Assembly: GCA_951406725.2 (NCBI GenBank)
Contig: OX597824.1
Coordinates: 46,004,001-46,068,000 of the forward strand
Reading direction: 5' to 3'
DNA: 64,000 nucleotides
Source of the DNA: Octopus vulgaris
Lineage: Eukaryota
Positions within the stretch are counted from its first letter, which is position 1, and every line of letters begins with the position of its first letter. The notes under the pieces were generated by a model. That model saw only the letters and a list, made by a program, of their open reading frames with translations. It did not search any database and was not told the DNA's origin. Made by a program: the position numbers and the translations under genes. This document shows, in pieces, positions 41,979-55,918 of this stretch.

Positions 41979-44129
41979 AAGATTATCAGGACCTTCTGAC
42001 AAAATTCTTTATTTCATTTGCATTAAACTAGACAGATAATAGTTCCATCCTGTTTCTTATAAGAGTGATTGACATAATGAAGTTTCCCACCTGTACAGGG
42101 ATAAAAGTAGAATACATGTCCCAAACAATACAAGACTCCAAGTAGTATAGATCTAGTGATAATTTATTTTCTACAATCCATTTCTTTCCATGTTATTTTC
42201 ACAGGAATAGCTGAACACAGCAATGGAAGTTAATGAATCCTTTATTTGAGAATTGTTCCTAATCCATAGTGCCTATTTACAACTAGGTATATTGGGCCAT
42301 TGGTAATTTTAATATCTTGGCCATACACACAGCACTGTTGATAGAATGCACAAAGCTGACCACTTGGCTGTTCATCTGGCATCCTTTCAACTTGACCTGT
42401 CACCCTAATTCATTTAGAATATACAAAACCACTAACATTCAAATTCTTATCCAGTGAATTGTAAAAAAAGCATATAAAAACAGAGAAAAAAACAAAAACA
42501 AAACCACCAAAGACCAGGAAATATCTGAAGATTAATCAACCTAAAGGAATCTTTGATGCCTATACATACACAGAAAATAACAATTTTGAGGGAGGGTTAA
42601 ATGTAAATAATATTTCTGGATTTTGGTTGACACCAGTGTATTGATTTGGTTAAGTTGGTATTGATGAATGTAAGAACAATAATTCTATCTGAAAGTTGTT
42701 TTAAAAACAAAAATATTTATTTATGGTAAAATAGAACAATGTATTGTTCTTACAACCAACAATAGAAAAGAAATATTTACAATAAAATAATTCAACAGTT
42801 TGTATGAGATGTTGTGGTCAAGAATAACAGTTGCTATTGTGTGATTACAGAAGCTAGGTGGTTTAAGCTGTGCTGTCGTCGTCATTGTTTTTGTCATCAT
42901 CATCCATTGGTCGTGACTGCTATAACCACACAGGCATCACTGTTGTTGTGATACCATAAACCCTGTAGTGATTTTTCTGGCAAAGTTTGCTTAGTATGTG
43001 TCAACTTCTTCAATGTATTATGTACAGTAATTATAACAAATCTAGACAAAAATTCTCCTTTTTTCCATAAACCATAATACTAAAGAATAAGTCAATGTAT
43101 ATTATACATGAGAGATTTTTTTCTGGGAGTTCATTGCCTGCAATTAGATCTGTGCATTATACACAAGTACATACTAAACATGAATATACATGAATAAATA
43201 TGACATACTGAAATCTTGTTGTTTACTGCAGTGAACTATTTTCTTATATGAAGTCGTCTTATTTATTGGAAGTGGACTATGATGTTAAGAAGTTATATAT
43301 CTTTGGCAGGGACAGAGTGCAGTGTTGGTGACAGCAAACAAATAATTTACTCAGCTGCAACTGTATGGTTACTATGAAATAAATATGGCCTGTAACTCTT
43401 AGAGGCCCACTGGAGACTTCCAACTTACAAGTGGGTTACTTACTCTCAAAATTTGACAATGACTGCATTTTATAAGTCTGAGTCAAACCTAAAGAGATGT
43501 GTCTTAAGGAAAATTTAAAACTTGGTCATAGGCATGGTTTGCTGGAAGCTCACCAGAATTATTCTTTCAAAATTAATAGCTTGCTCATAGGGACAGATAG
43601 TTTTTTCCAACTTCCAGAGAAAGATTCTATCAGAGATAGTACTAATGCTATCCAGCAAGGTTTACTCTTTTAACACATCCATGGCATTGTAGTCAAAGCC
43701 AATTTTCTACTCAAGCATGGGCTTCATTAACACGACAACAATGATGGTGATAATGATGATGATAATGATAAAACAATTTATTTCTACTTTATTTTTCTTA
43801 TTTTTGTTACCCCAAATCCTTAGCAAACTGATAAGAAGGAAATCAATAAAATGATATATTAGCTAGAAATATCTGAAAAACATTCCAGCAAATGTTCAAA
43901 ACTCTGCATAACGAAAAGTTCATAACTAACTAAAGCCTTGTATTACTACTACTACTGCTGCTTCCACTATTACTACTACTTGTTCCTATTGCATAGTAGT
44001 TTATATTCGTTATTTACAGATGACTATCAATGTATTTATTCTTTTATGCAACACTTCAATCTCTGAAATAATCTTCCAAGTTTCTCATTCTCTTTCTTGC
44101 ATTAAAAAATTGCTTCATACACAAAGCAC

Positions 44130-44224
44130 AAACATATACACACAGATACATACATTCATGCATAAGCATACATGCATACACATATTGCATGCAAACGTAT
44201 GTATGTATATATACACATACATAT

Positions 44225-44275
<51 letters not shown>

Positions 44276-44368
44276 TATACATACATATATATATACATAC
44301 ATATATATATACATACATATATATATACATACATATATACATACATATATATAAACATACATATATAT

Positions 44369-44429
<61 letters not shown>

Positions 44430-44445
44430 TACATACACACCCACA
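44130..44445. repeat. (TA/TACA)n microsatellite
   Basis: Seen directly. Confidence 0.9.
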
Positions 44446-45661
44446 TTATGCAAACAAATGAGAAGTGTCTTCCAAAACTTTGACAGAAATGCCATTTATT
44501 AAACAGAAAAGATAAGAATAATGATTTCTTAATGAAACCATAGAGATGACTCGTTTTGTTTTCTAAACATTTGTAAATGCATGGAGGAAAAAAAGAAAAA
44601 AGAGAAGTAATGACCAAAGCCTATTCTCATAAATTGGAACATAAAGATGAGAGAAAGAGAGAGAGGTTAGTGTGCTTAGTGTCCAGTTTGAAGTGTAATT
44701 TAGTTGTTAGAGAAAGAAATGAAGTGAAATGAAGTTTCAGTGGGATGTATTTCCGTCGAAGAAGGATTAAATAAAAGTCTGAGATGATATCAAATCCTGC
44801 TAAAGTCAACTTGCCTTTCATCATTTCAGGGTCAATAATATAAGGTATCAGTCAAGTACTAGGCCTGATGATATGGAGTTAGTATCGAGTTATCCCCACC
44901 CCTCAAAGCTGCATGCCTTGTGTCTAAATCAGAAACCATTATAGAGTCTGGGAGATGAGATGCAGAGAGAAGGGGAGTGATGTAAAGAATAGATGAATGT
45001 ATCAAGTAGATTTAGGTGCAAGTAACATAGTGTGAACACATTCAGTGAAGAGGGAGGTGTTATAGTATCAGTGGAGGTAAAACACAGGTTGATGGTGGAT
45101 TTTCTTTAGCTATTACTTGTTTCAGTCACTTGACTGTGGCCATGCTGAAAGCACTGCCTTACATTTATACTTTTTACTGAAGATTTTATTGCAGTAAGTA
45201 AAACTGTTTTAACCAAAAGATAAAAACTGCAGCACAAAGTATTTCCAACATAAATTTACTGTTGTATCAAACACACATCATTCACAAAAAGAAAACATTA
45301 ACAAAGCAATAAGGGGGTTTCCACATAGTCACTCACACTGCTAAAAATAGGACCCAAATCTTCCTCATGTTAATCTTAAAAAAGGGACGGACATATTGTG
45401 CCTAAACAAAAGAGAAAATAGTGAGAAAAGAAAGGGCTGGCAATAGCTAGAATGGCTTTGATCATTCTAACTTCAGTGGGGTTGATCTGGGGTTCAATCT
45501 AACCAAAGAAAGAAAAAAGAAACCAATAAAGGCAGTGCCCCAACATGGCCTCAGTGTAATGACTGAAACATGTAAAAGTAAAAGAGAAAAAAGTCTAATA
45601 AACTGAATAAAAAAAATCATTAATTTCGAACAATAAAATTAAAAATCCCTATTTAATTTGA

Positions 45662-46097
45662 CCATTTTAATACCAACCTACCTGAAACTGTTCTGGATTT
45701 ATGACATAGAATCTCATGTTTTAATGTTTACCATTCAGATTGCTCTGTCAGATGTAATGATTATTTATTCCCATTATTTTAAATTAATCATGCATTATTA
45801 TGAAGCTAAGAGATTTCAATGTAATTGTTTATTTTAGAATGATATTATAGGGTAGGCATGTGAGGCAGGATCTGACTGCTTTTGAACATAAAATAGATAG
45901 AATATTTTTGTCAATATGTCTGTTTACATGCTAAAGAGTTAAAGTGACCTAAATTAAAAACTATCGATCAAACTTTCATTTTAGGTTCCAAATACCAGCT
46001 TAATAATGACAAAGTAATTTTACTAAATTTTTCATGATTTTCAATAATGATTGACACAAATGCAGTGCATTTCAATAAAAATATGGTAACAAAAGGG
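45662..46097. mobile_element. piggyBac-type MITE with a second MITE (45725-45938) nested at a TTAA
   Basis: The outer element matches 34161-34379; the inner one matches 47141-47360 and is flanked by TTAA at 45721-45724 and 45939-45942. Confidence 0.7.
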
Positions 46098-46385
46098 TAA
46101 TCAAGTTTCTAGATTTAATCACTTTTTAGCCTATGAAATTTAATATAACTTTCAACTATTTGACACAATTTCAAACATAGGTAAAGAGTAGTAGCAGAAG
46201 AAGAGTAGGAAAATACAAAGAAAATGTAAGTACATATACATACATATTGCATCATACATATTCCATTATACATACGCTAGGACTTTCTTAAGCCTTGTCA
46301 TTTTGTTAGTGACCAACTTGAACTCTCAAGAACTTAAATAAAACTCAAAGGAAAAATATACATACATACATGTATACACACACAT

Positions 46386-46430
<45 letters not shown>

Positions 46431-46487
46431 CTTATATAGCTATACACATATATACATACATATATGCAGATACATACACACACATAT

Positions 46488-46524
<37 letters not shown>

Positions 46525-47140
46525 CACAGTGTCATCATTATCATGACAACTTCATTACAAAAATTCTTTAAGCTATTTCTCTCCACCAAAAAATAAATGA
46601 AAAAACAACTTGACCATTAAATATGAAATGAAAACTATATGTAAACACATGTTTGCAATATATATTATATACGTCCTTTATACAAAATTTATTGCTGTTC
46701 TTTAATGTTATAGTCAGTGAATAGCTAAACACAAAAAATAAAAAAACGCTGTCAGGTTATGACATCTAAGCATTGAGAAGCTTGGCTTATAAGGAAACTA
46801 TGTAACTAACAGGAAACACACACATGTAGTTTATGTTGAAGTAATTGATGTAAGCACCTGCCTGGTTAAGGATAGTCTCAGAATAAGTGTGTGAATAAAA
46901 CCTTTTTGAATGAATATCAAAATAGTAAGATGAAAACGAAAAAAAGCTTGATGTCTTAGCAACATGAATATCTGAACGAAGTGAAGCATCGAAAAGGAGT
47001 TAATAATGGTTTTTTATAGTTATAGGTAAATCATGCAGATACATAATGTCTATATATGTATTCCTCTCTCTCTCTTTCTTCCATACACACGTACACTAAC
47101 AGAGAGTATTTTGCAGATAACCTTCCATACAAAATATTAA

Positions 47141-47360
47141 CCCTTTAGCATTTAAATCGACCATGTATGGCCCAAATATTCTACCTGTTTTATGTTCAAA
47201 CCAGTCAGATCCAGCTTCTCACATCTAGCCTACAATGTCATTCTAAAAATAAACAATCAGATTATTGAAATCTTAAAGCTACGAGACAACACATGATTAA
47301 TTCAAAATAATGTGAATAAATAAGTATTACATTTAACAAAGTAATCTGAATGCTAAAGGT
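47141..47360. mobile_element. piggyBac-type MITE
   Basis: TTAA|CCCTTTAGCATT…AATGCTAAAGGT|TTAA. Confidence 0.8.
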
Positions 47361-48529
47361 TTAAAAAGAGTTATGATATAAGTGAAGAAATGAATTTACA
47401 AAATTATTTCCAAGCTTAAATTACATAAATTTTCTTTTAATATCTCACCTTCAAATACTTCAGATTTGTTTTAATTTTATTTGTTTTATCAGAGTACTGT
47501 CATCTACTCTCAGTTCAAACAAACCAATTGAGTTTGTTGGTGTTCTAGCTGTCATCGGTCATCAATCATATGCTCTGAAGCTAGTCATTTTTATCACCTA
47601 AGTGTAAGATTGTCTCTGCCTTGAACCAATGTGGGTGCTTCCATATAGTTCAACCTACCATACATGCAGACACAAACACACACACATGTATGTATGTGTG
47701 TGCTTCGGTGAGTTCATATTTCCCCTTGTCAACATGCATATGTTGATTGTAAACAAAAGGTTCATTCAAATGGTGTCATTTGTTTCCAGTTCTCTATGAA
47801 AGAAAGTTCAGACTGTTCATTCATTCGACAGTCTGGGTGCTTGGAAATAGGTGAAGCTTGGCATCAGAAAGGTTATCTGACAATAGAAAATTCTGCTCAA
47901 ACATAGTCTTGCATGATCCATTCAAGCATGGAAAAGTAGACATTACAACAATGATGATGATGATGATAGCAATCAACAAATTCAGTATGCATAGGTACAT
48001 CTTTAGTGTTTAAACTAAAGTCTTGCACTGGAATAAATCTCAGGGATACAATCCAAATTGCTGACAAAAATGGATTAACTTTTAGAAGTTTAATGATTTC
48101 TAAGCTGTTAGGAGGTGTCAGAACCATGACATTCTACAAGTAATGTAGCTTAATATAAAAAGATGTCATTTTGCTTCCATTGGTAATTGGGTGTTGGTTT
48201 AAGTGTCAAGCAATCTCTTGGCTGTGAACACACCATGGAAACTAAAGAATTCAGTACATCAAAATAGCCATATCTTACAACACAACACCATGAGTAAAGA
48301 CCTACTGTCATAAGCAATTTTAAGAGACCATCTCTATGTGGTCACTCACTTTGCTAAAAAAATAACAGCCAAATCTCTTTCATATCTTATCCAACTGTGT
48401 TAAAAAAAAGTTCATTAGACAACATATGCTAGGACACAACAACTTCCTAAGCAGACCAAGTGCAGATATGAATAGCATATGGGAACAGGTATTAAGGAAG
48501 GATTAAAAAATATTAGATTTATAAGCCCT

Positions 48530-48815
48530 AAAATTCACTCCATGATTACCCATGGGCATATGGCGTAGTGGTTAAGAGTGTGGGCTACTAACCCCAAGAA
48601 TCCAAGTTCGATTCCAGGCAGTGGCCTGAATAATAATAATGATGATAATGATAACATCGAAAAACACCTTAGGAATGAGAACCCAGGTTTGAAATTTTCC
48701 CAAGATACCTTCATCAGGTATCCGATGAAGCCAAAACGTTGTGTTAACAACAAACAAGATGAGGTCAAATATCCGTCAATTGTAAATAATCTAAATAATG
48801 AACAGAGTTCTTGAA
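48530..48815 (+). mobile_element. tRNA-headed element with a scrambled HHR-like motif
   Basis: A box TGGCGTAGTGG (48561), B box GTTCGATTCC (48606), then GATACCTTCATCAGGTATCCGATGAAGCCAAAACGTTGTGTT (48704-48745). Confidence 0.6.
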
Positions 48816-48999
48816 TATACAGAAGAGCAAAATAGTCAACAAAGATTTTGCTACTGGGATAAAAGCATGTGTTATGGACTAAATTGAGGATGTTGTTTCT
48901 GAATCTGCCCTCAGAATTGTTCTAGCACATCAGGATTTTGAGTTATGTGCATGTACAAGATTATAACTATACTTTCAACTAGATATAGGTTGTATTATA

Positions 49000-50505
49000 A
49001 AATTTGCTAAAATGAAAGTGGTCTTAATTCAAAATTAAAGAAATAACAGCAATAAAATAAATGATGAGTTCATTATTTAGTTTAGCAATAGATGGCACCG
49101 ATGTATTGTGCGCAAACACCAAATGCATCAGTTTTTTCTTGGTAACTCTCAGTGTCATTTGTGCTGCCACCACATGTGGTATGCGTTTCTCTCGCACTGA
49201 GTGATTACTGTTTTAACTATGTTCATTGTGTTAGATCATGAATAGGAGAGGTTGTGTGAATCACCCAGAAAACTTTTATGTCTGTGGAAAATTTGCATTG
49301 TCAAAGGAGAAGGCAGAAGTTTTGGGATCCAGACAACAGCAACAGAATCTCCTACAGCAAGGTACAACGATTTCCATTTTCTTTTCTTGCCATGAAGACT
49401 TATCAAGACTTTTTCAAGCAAGAAAATAACGCTTGTTTCTGTACTGCTGTTAATGCACTCAGGCAAAAACTAGGACACATTCATGTGGCTAAAGAATGGA
49501 GATTATTTATAGACTCAAGTAAGGTTAGCCTCAAAGCTGTGTTGTTACATAATGGTTATTAAAAACCTTCCATTCCTGTGGGTCATGTTGTCGGTATGGA
49601 AGAAACTTATAAATCGATGGAACTCATTCTGCAAGGAGTTAATTACTTAGTTCATAAGTAGACTATTTGTGGTGATTTAAAGGTGATTTCCCCCCTCCTA
49701 GGATTGCAGTTAGGATATACCAAAAATATGTGCTTCTTGTGAGTTTGGAAAATACACAACGACAGCAATTATTACACTATAAAAGACTGGCCTAAAAGAA
49801 ATGAGCACATGGTTGGTACAATGTGCAGCATATGCCACTGGTAGACCTGCAAAAGATCTTTCTTCTACCCCTTCACATCAAACTCAGCCTCATGAAAAAC
49901 TTCGTAAATGCAATGACACATGATGGTTATGGCTTCCAGTACCTTCCCTGGCAATTATAGAGCTGAAAATGAAAGAATGGGATGCTAAATGTCCCTTAAA
50001 ATGCACTTCTGGCATTCTCATCTCAATTTTTTTCCAATGAATCTTGGTGCCGTTAGTGATGAGCATGGTGAGAAGTTCCACCAGGACATATTTGAAATGG
50101 AAATGAGGTATCAAGGCCGGATCAATCCACACATGATAGGTGACTACTGCTGGTTCCTATAACGGGAGACTAGCACAACGCATAAGTGCAAGAGCAAGTG
50201 TCTCAAACATTTCTGAGCCAAGCATATCAAAAATGAAGTGAGTATTCTCTTAACATAAATATATACCATCATATTATAATACTATTTGCCTTGAACATAA
50301 ATATACTATGTACAGTACTAATATACTATTATAATAATTATTTACCTTGAAGTTAACTATTCCCATATAATTATGTGCAAAATTCAAAATCCTGAGGTGC
50401 TACAGCAATTCTCAGTTCTGATTCAGAATCAGTATACTTGATTTAGTTTAAGCACAGCACCACTTGTCTGGGTAGCAGACAATAAATTTTTTTTGTTGCC
50501 CAGCA
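49000..50505 (+). mobile_element. Chapaev3-type (CMC) DNA transposon relic
   Basis: RRGCVNHPENF…CG; EWRLFIDSSKVSLKAVLLHNG; CGDLKVI…LGLQLGYTK; LHIKL; MHF.HSHLNFFP.NLGAVSDEHGEKFHQDI..ME.RYQG; right end TTTTTTGTTGCCCAG. Confidence 0.8.
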
Positions 50506-50814
50506 CTTTCCTGAAAACAATGAATCAGAGATTATCAAAATTCTTGATTGATATCCATTTGTCCTTTTTTTAATGTCCATTTTTCCATACCAGCAAGGAT
50601 GAGATGAATATATTAATTATTTTTAATCATATTATTGAAGCATTATTTTACAACCAGATGCCCTTCTTGTCATCAACTCTTGCTCACTTTTCAAGTAAGG
50701 TCCTTTGTCCACATGTTTTCAAATGTGCAAAGCCAGCAGCTCAGTGGCTTTTGAAAAAGCACAAATGTAAACTCACACACATATGTTATACATATATAAA
50801 TGCAAATGGTAGTG

Positions 50815-50970
50815 AGTGACAGGCTTCTTACAGTTTTTGTATACAAATCCACTTACAAGGTTTTGGGCAGCCCATGGCTATAGTAGGAAATTTCCCAGAT
50901 GCAGTGCAATGGAACTGAACTTGAAACTAAGTGGTTGAGAACTGAACTTCTTAACTATACAGCCATGTCT
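50815..50970 (-). mobile_element. Degenerate CORE-like SINE head
   Basis: Matches the 13222-13380 portion of the full copy; an oppositely oriented partial copy lies at about 51795-51950. Confidence 0.6.
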
Positions 50971-51313
50971 ACATTTCTTTCTGTCTCTCTGTCTGTCTAA
51001 GTATCTATCTATACATACATACATACACATATGATACACATACACACACACATACACATGATACACACACACACACACACATACATACATACGCACACTC
51101 ATATACACATGCAAAAAGAACAAAGGTTCTCCACCTTGTTTTTCTAACACCTCCACATAATGATTATTTGAACTTGTGATTTCTTCAATGGTTGTTTTTG
51201 AACTGGAACTCCCTCTGGTTCTCATTCCATCAACCCAAATGACTGCCAACCCCCACTCCACCACACCCGCTCAAATTTACATACTCTCCTCCCTATATGA
51301 CAATAAACATCTT

Positions 51314-51349
<36 letters not shown>

Positions 51350-52559
51350 TGTCTCTTTTTCCTTCAATCGGTCAGTCATTTACATGTATTTGTCTGCTAA
51401 TGATATCACAGTACATTTATCTACAACTTATTCTCAGTAGTATCCAATTGTTATGCTAACAGCTTCTCCATAGCTTAAAAAACCCACCTGCAGCTTGTAC
51501 TGAAATGAGATACTTGAAATGTAGTGTAATTAGAAACACAGGTATTTCTCATAACCAGGAATCAGAACTGCATCAATCCTTTACTACAAAATGTTCTGTG
51601 ACTAAAAAACAATACATTCTTAACATATGCTAAACATATGTGAATTCAAGTCCCTATAAATGTTCAGTATATCTCTATCAAGCAATCTCACCTACAAGTT
51701 GAAAACTTCAATGAGAGTCTGACCTTGCCTTTTAGAGTTTAAATGTACTTTAGTCGGTATCAGATACTTTTGACTTACAAAGCTCTGACTGACTTAGGCA
51801 CAAGCATTGCTGTGTGGTTAAGGTCACTCCTAACCATTCAGTTTTGGGTTCAGTCCCTCTGCTTGGCAATTTGGGCAAATACTTTCTACAATAACTCTGG
51901 CCCAACTAAAGCCTTGTGAATGGATTTGGTAGATAGAAGCCAAAAAGAAAACATCATAAATATATAAATGTTTGTGTATGTTCATATCTGTCTTAACATC
52001 ACATGAGAATTTGTCAACAAATGTCACCAACCTACAAGTGATGTCATTTCTTTGCAATTTTCCATGAAAGCATGTCTGGTCACTGTGCTGTTCAAGTTTG
52101 AAGGGCTAGAAGAAATATTACCTAACTTGGAAATAGGTGAGGGTTTAGCCACAGAAAAAAATTCATGGGAAGGTGGACATTTGAATGATGGGTATGAATT
52201 GATGACAATGATGTTGAAAAAAGCTAGATTCATCTAGTGATGGAGTATTGATCCTGATATCAAATGTCATCAAAATTTATAATTACCACCTTAGAAAGAT
52301 ATCATCTACTGAAAAATAAGCTCTCTCTGTTGCGACTCACCAGAATTGTTTATTATGTAAATGAACAGAATCAACAAATCACAACTGCCACACTACTTCC
52401 CACACCATGGAAAACTGCATTGTTCAATGAGTATTCTGATTGTGATCATAAAGAAAGTAAACCAAAGTAGAAAACACACACACATGTAGAAAACACACAC
52501 ACAAAGTAGAAAACACATACACAAACAGCCATAAAACACTATACAAAACATTCTTATAA

Positions 52560-53050
52560 CAATTTCAGATAAAATACCTACACTCCAGCAGTAAACAGAT
52601 ATCTAGCAGCTGCCTTGGTAGAAGCCCAAAAGATTAGCCACCATCTTTCCAACAACAATTTTGGCCACTGTTTTAAATTCAATACCTCTACCACCTGCAG
52701 ACATGCTTATAAAATCAAGAAACAGCACAGTGCCAATGATTTTAAGAAACATGTTTTCATACCCAGAATTGTCAAAGCATGGAATAAACACATCAGTTGT
52801 TAGGTGTCGAGACACTGTATCCTTCAAAAATTCTATGCTTCTCAAAATTTGCTAGCACTTCTGACATGCTGGGTACCTTTCACTCTTTATGACTCCTTAT
52901 CATTCACTTTTTGTGTTTTATTCCGTGTACTGTGCATGCAATTTTGGATTTCATTGCTTCCTTTCTTTACTTGACTTATTGCTGTTTCTGTCCCTTATTT
53001 TACCCTTTTCTATGAGCTGTAGTGCACCAGAGCCCTGTATACAATAAGTT
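52560..53050 (+). mobile_element. CR1-type LINE 3' end relic
   Basis: RHAYKIKKQH…KKHVFIPRIVKAWNK…SFK, similar to RGHxYKL…FFSxRVVxxWNxL; an RT-like scrap IIIDFSRTFDS at about 53450-53485. Confidence 0.65.
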
Positions 53051-54896
53051 CATTTTATAAACTTAACAAAAATTTTCCCAAAACCAGTGAAGTCAAAAAG
53101 TACAAAGGCTTCAGAAACTTAAAACACATAAGGCCCAGAAAGGTTGCTGTACTCATCAACAAATTATTTGTACCAATATGGATAAATTCACAGAATTTGG
53201 AAACTGGATTAAGTTTCAAAACCCAACAAAAACTCAGCCAAAGCACAATCATACAGATCATTTAACATCCTATGTACACCTTAAAAAAATAATAACAATG
53301 GAAAGATTCATCTGTGACATCATCAGCTTCTGCATTCTTAGTTCCAACATTTTCAAATGACTACAATCAGCCACCACAGTCCTCACAAACCTTACAGACA
53401 AAATTCATGACAGCTTTGATAAAACGGCAAACTACCTATGTGCACCAATCTAATTATAATTGACTTCAGCAGAACATTTGACTCTACTCTTTGCTATACA
53501 CTAATATCATCAGTGTTTAACATCCTCTTTCTATGGGTTGGATGGTTTGGCAGGAGCTGGCAAGTCAGAAGACTGTGTTAAGCTCTACAATCAGCTTCTC
53601 TCTAGAAACAACAAAATGCTGGCAATTGAAAGGATGCTCCATCACAAGGTGTAGACACAATTGTTCTGTGGATTGTACTTAGAAATTTGACCTGCATGAT
53701 ATAGTTTATCTGGTCAGAGTCGATAATAACTAACTGTAAAACATTTATCTAGTGTGGATCTCAGATAGAATTAAAACATAGTACATGCTCGAGGGTTTCT
53801 TCCATATATTTAACCTGCTACCTCTATATAACTAATGCCAACTTTAACATAAATTACTTTTAATCGTTGATAGACAGTTGAGTTGTATCCATTCTTCACT
53901 CACAATACTACTTGCATAAATGCTACAACCATTTCAACATAATGGCTTCATTTCCTACAATAAATACTGCCTTATTTCCTAGTTCTCATATAAGATATTT
54001 TAACCCAATCATTTCTCTTCAAAACTGCAAATATTTACAACATTCTTTTACTCATTGCATACCATACAGATAAGAATTTCTTTTGACTAAGCAGAAAGTC
54101 AATTGCTAAAGATGTATATTGCTAAAAGAAACCAACCAGTATATTAAAGGTTGTTGATGCGGTTTAGCCCCAAGTCAACCCTGCTGAACAGACCTATGAT
54201 CAAAGGCATTCCAATCATGACCATCCAATCTTTTTCTTTCAAGAGGGTAGGGATACTTTTATCATTTTAGGGATACTTGGTTATTATTTCTAGTAAGTCA
54301 AATAATTGCATAGAAGCTCCCTTGTTAATCCATTCTTTGTTTGATGACTATTTGGGATAAAAGGTAAAACAAGCCCCAGCAAGATTCGAACCCTGTAACA
54401 AGAGGCTACAAACATGTAGTTCAGTACACTACAGATTCTATCAACTCCCCCACTTGTTTCTCTTCCAATACTCATTTCTTGTATAAATACAAAGATTCAT
54501 AAAAATAAGTGAAAGAAACTAAAATGAAGTAATGATCACACCTTTTACAAATGGTATAAAATGGTTTAACATTTGGAAATGAAGCGTTTTAACATGTAAT
54601 GTAAATGTAATAAAATTTACTGGCTCACATTTAACAATAACTGAGAATGGGAATAATTCATGCGATTGCAATCATACATGAAACTGTTAGGATGAAAGAG
54701 GAGAGGATATAAAAGCAATACCAAACACTGAACAAAGTAGATAAAATAGACAGATCTAGTAAACCATGTAATTTACAGCATCATATAGTCTGTAATGTGT
54801 GTTTTAGGTTTACAGTCAGTTCTGTTTTTGATTGTTACTTTTTTTTTACAGTAAAATTATTTATCAGCATTTGTCAATATATATATATATATGTAT

Positions 54897-55552
54897 TATC
54901 ACCATCATCATTTAATATCTGTTTTCCATACTAGCATGGGTTGGATGGTTTGACAGGATCCAGTGAGCTGCATGGTAACATCAAGCTCAATGTCAGGTTT
55001 GGCATGGTTTTTACAGCTAGATGCCCCTCCTAATGCCAACCACCTTATAGCATATACTGGGTGTCCTTTTTGCCACCAGCACTACAGAGGTTATCAAGTA
55101 GCTTGCAAGACAAGAAAAGAACAAAAGACAAAGGAAATGGTAAGAAAAAGGGAAAAGCCTCCTAAACTAAATGGGGGGGGGGGAGGGTCAATGATTCAGT
55201 GCCAGATGTTGAGAAGCTAAAGTATATATACACATGTGTAAGTGTGGGTGGCACGTAAAGAGCACTATTCAAGCATGGTTGATGCCAGTGCCACCTGACT
55301 GGCTCCTGTGCCGGTGGCACATAAAAAGCACCATTTGAGTGAGGTCAGTATCAGTGCCACCTGACTGGCCCCCGTGCCAGTAGCATGTAAAAGCCACTCT
55401 TGGAGTGGTTGGAGTTAGGAAAGGCATCCACCTGTAGAAACCTTGCCAGAACAGATTGGAGCCTGGTGCAGCCTCCTGACTTGCTAGTCCTCAGTCAAAC
55501 CGTCCAAGCCATGCCAACATGAAAGGCAGACGTTAAACGATGATGATGATGA
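54897..55552. mobile_element. Two oppositely oriented RTE-tail elements (54897-55090 minus, 55240-55552 plus)
   Basis: (CAT)n and (GAT)n tails face outward; the GGAAGGGCATCCAGCTGTAGAAA-type motif appears on opposite strands. Confidence 0.7.
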
Positions 55553-55918
55553 TATATATAAAATAACAAAGGCAGCTATACACAATATAAAACCAAAAAA
55601 AGAAAAATTCAATTGTCACTAATTGTGACTGAGGGTGCTGGGTAGCATCTATATTGCAAGAAATATATTCTTTTATTTGTTTCAGTCATTTGACTGTGGC
55701 CATGCTGGAACACCACCTTTAGTTGAACAAATTGACCCTAGGACTTACTCTTTGTAAGACTAGTACTTATTCTATCAGTTTCTTTTGCCAAACCACTAAG
55801 TTAAGAGAATATAAACACACCAACAATGGGTGTCAATATACATACATACACAGATACATACATACATACATACATACATACATACATGACACACATATAT
55901 ATATATATATATATATGG

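Noticed and set aside
47449-47496. AAG|GTGAG donor as an upstream PH exon
   Set aside because: No pyrimidine tract at the acceptor and no PH b1-b4 features.
48554-48626. Possible tRNA gene
   Set aside because: A and B boxes are present but the acceptor stem pairs poorly and there is no T-run terminator; treated as a SINE-type head.
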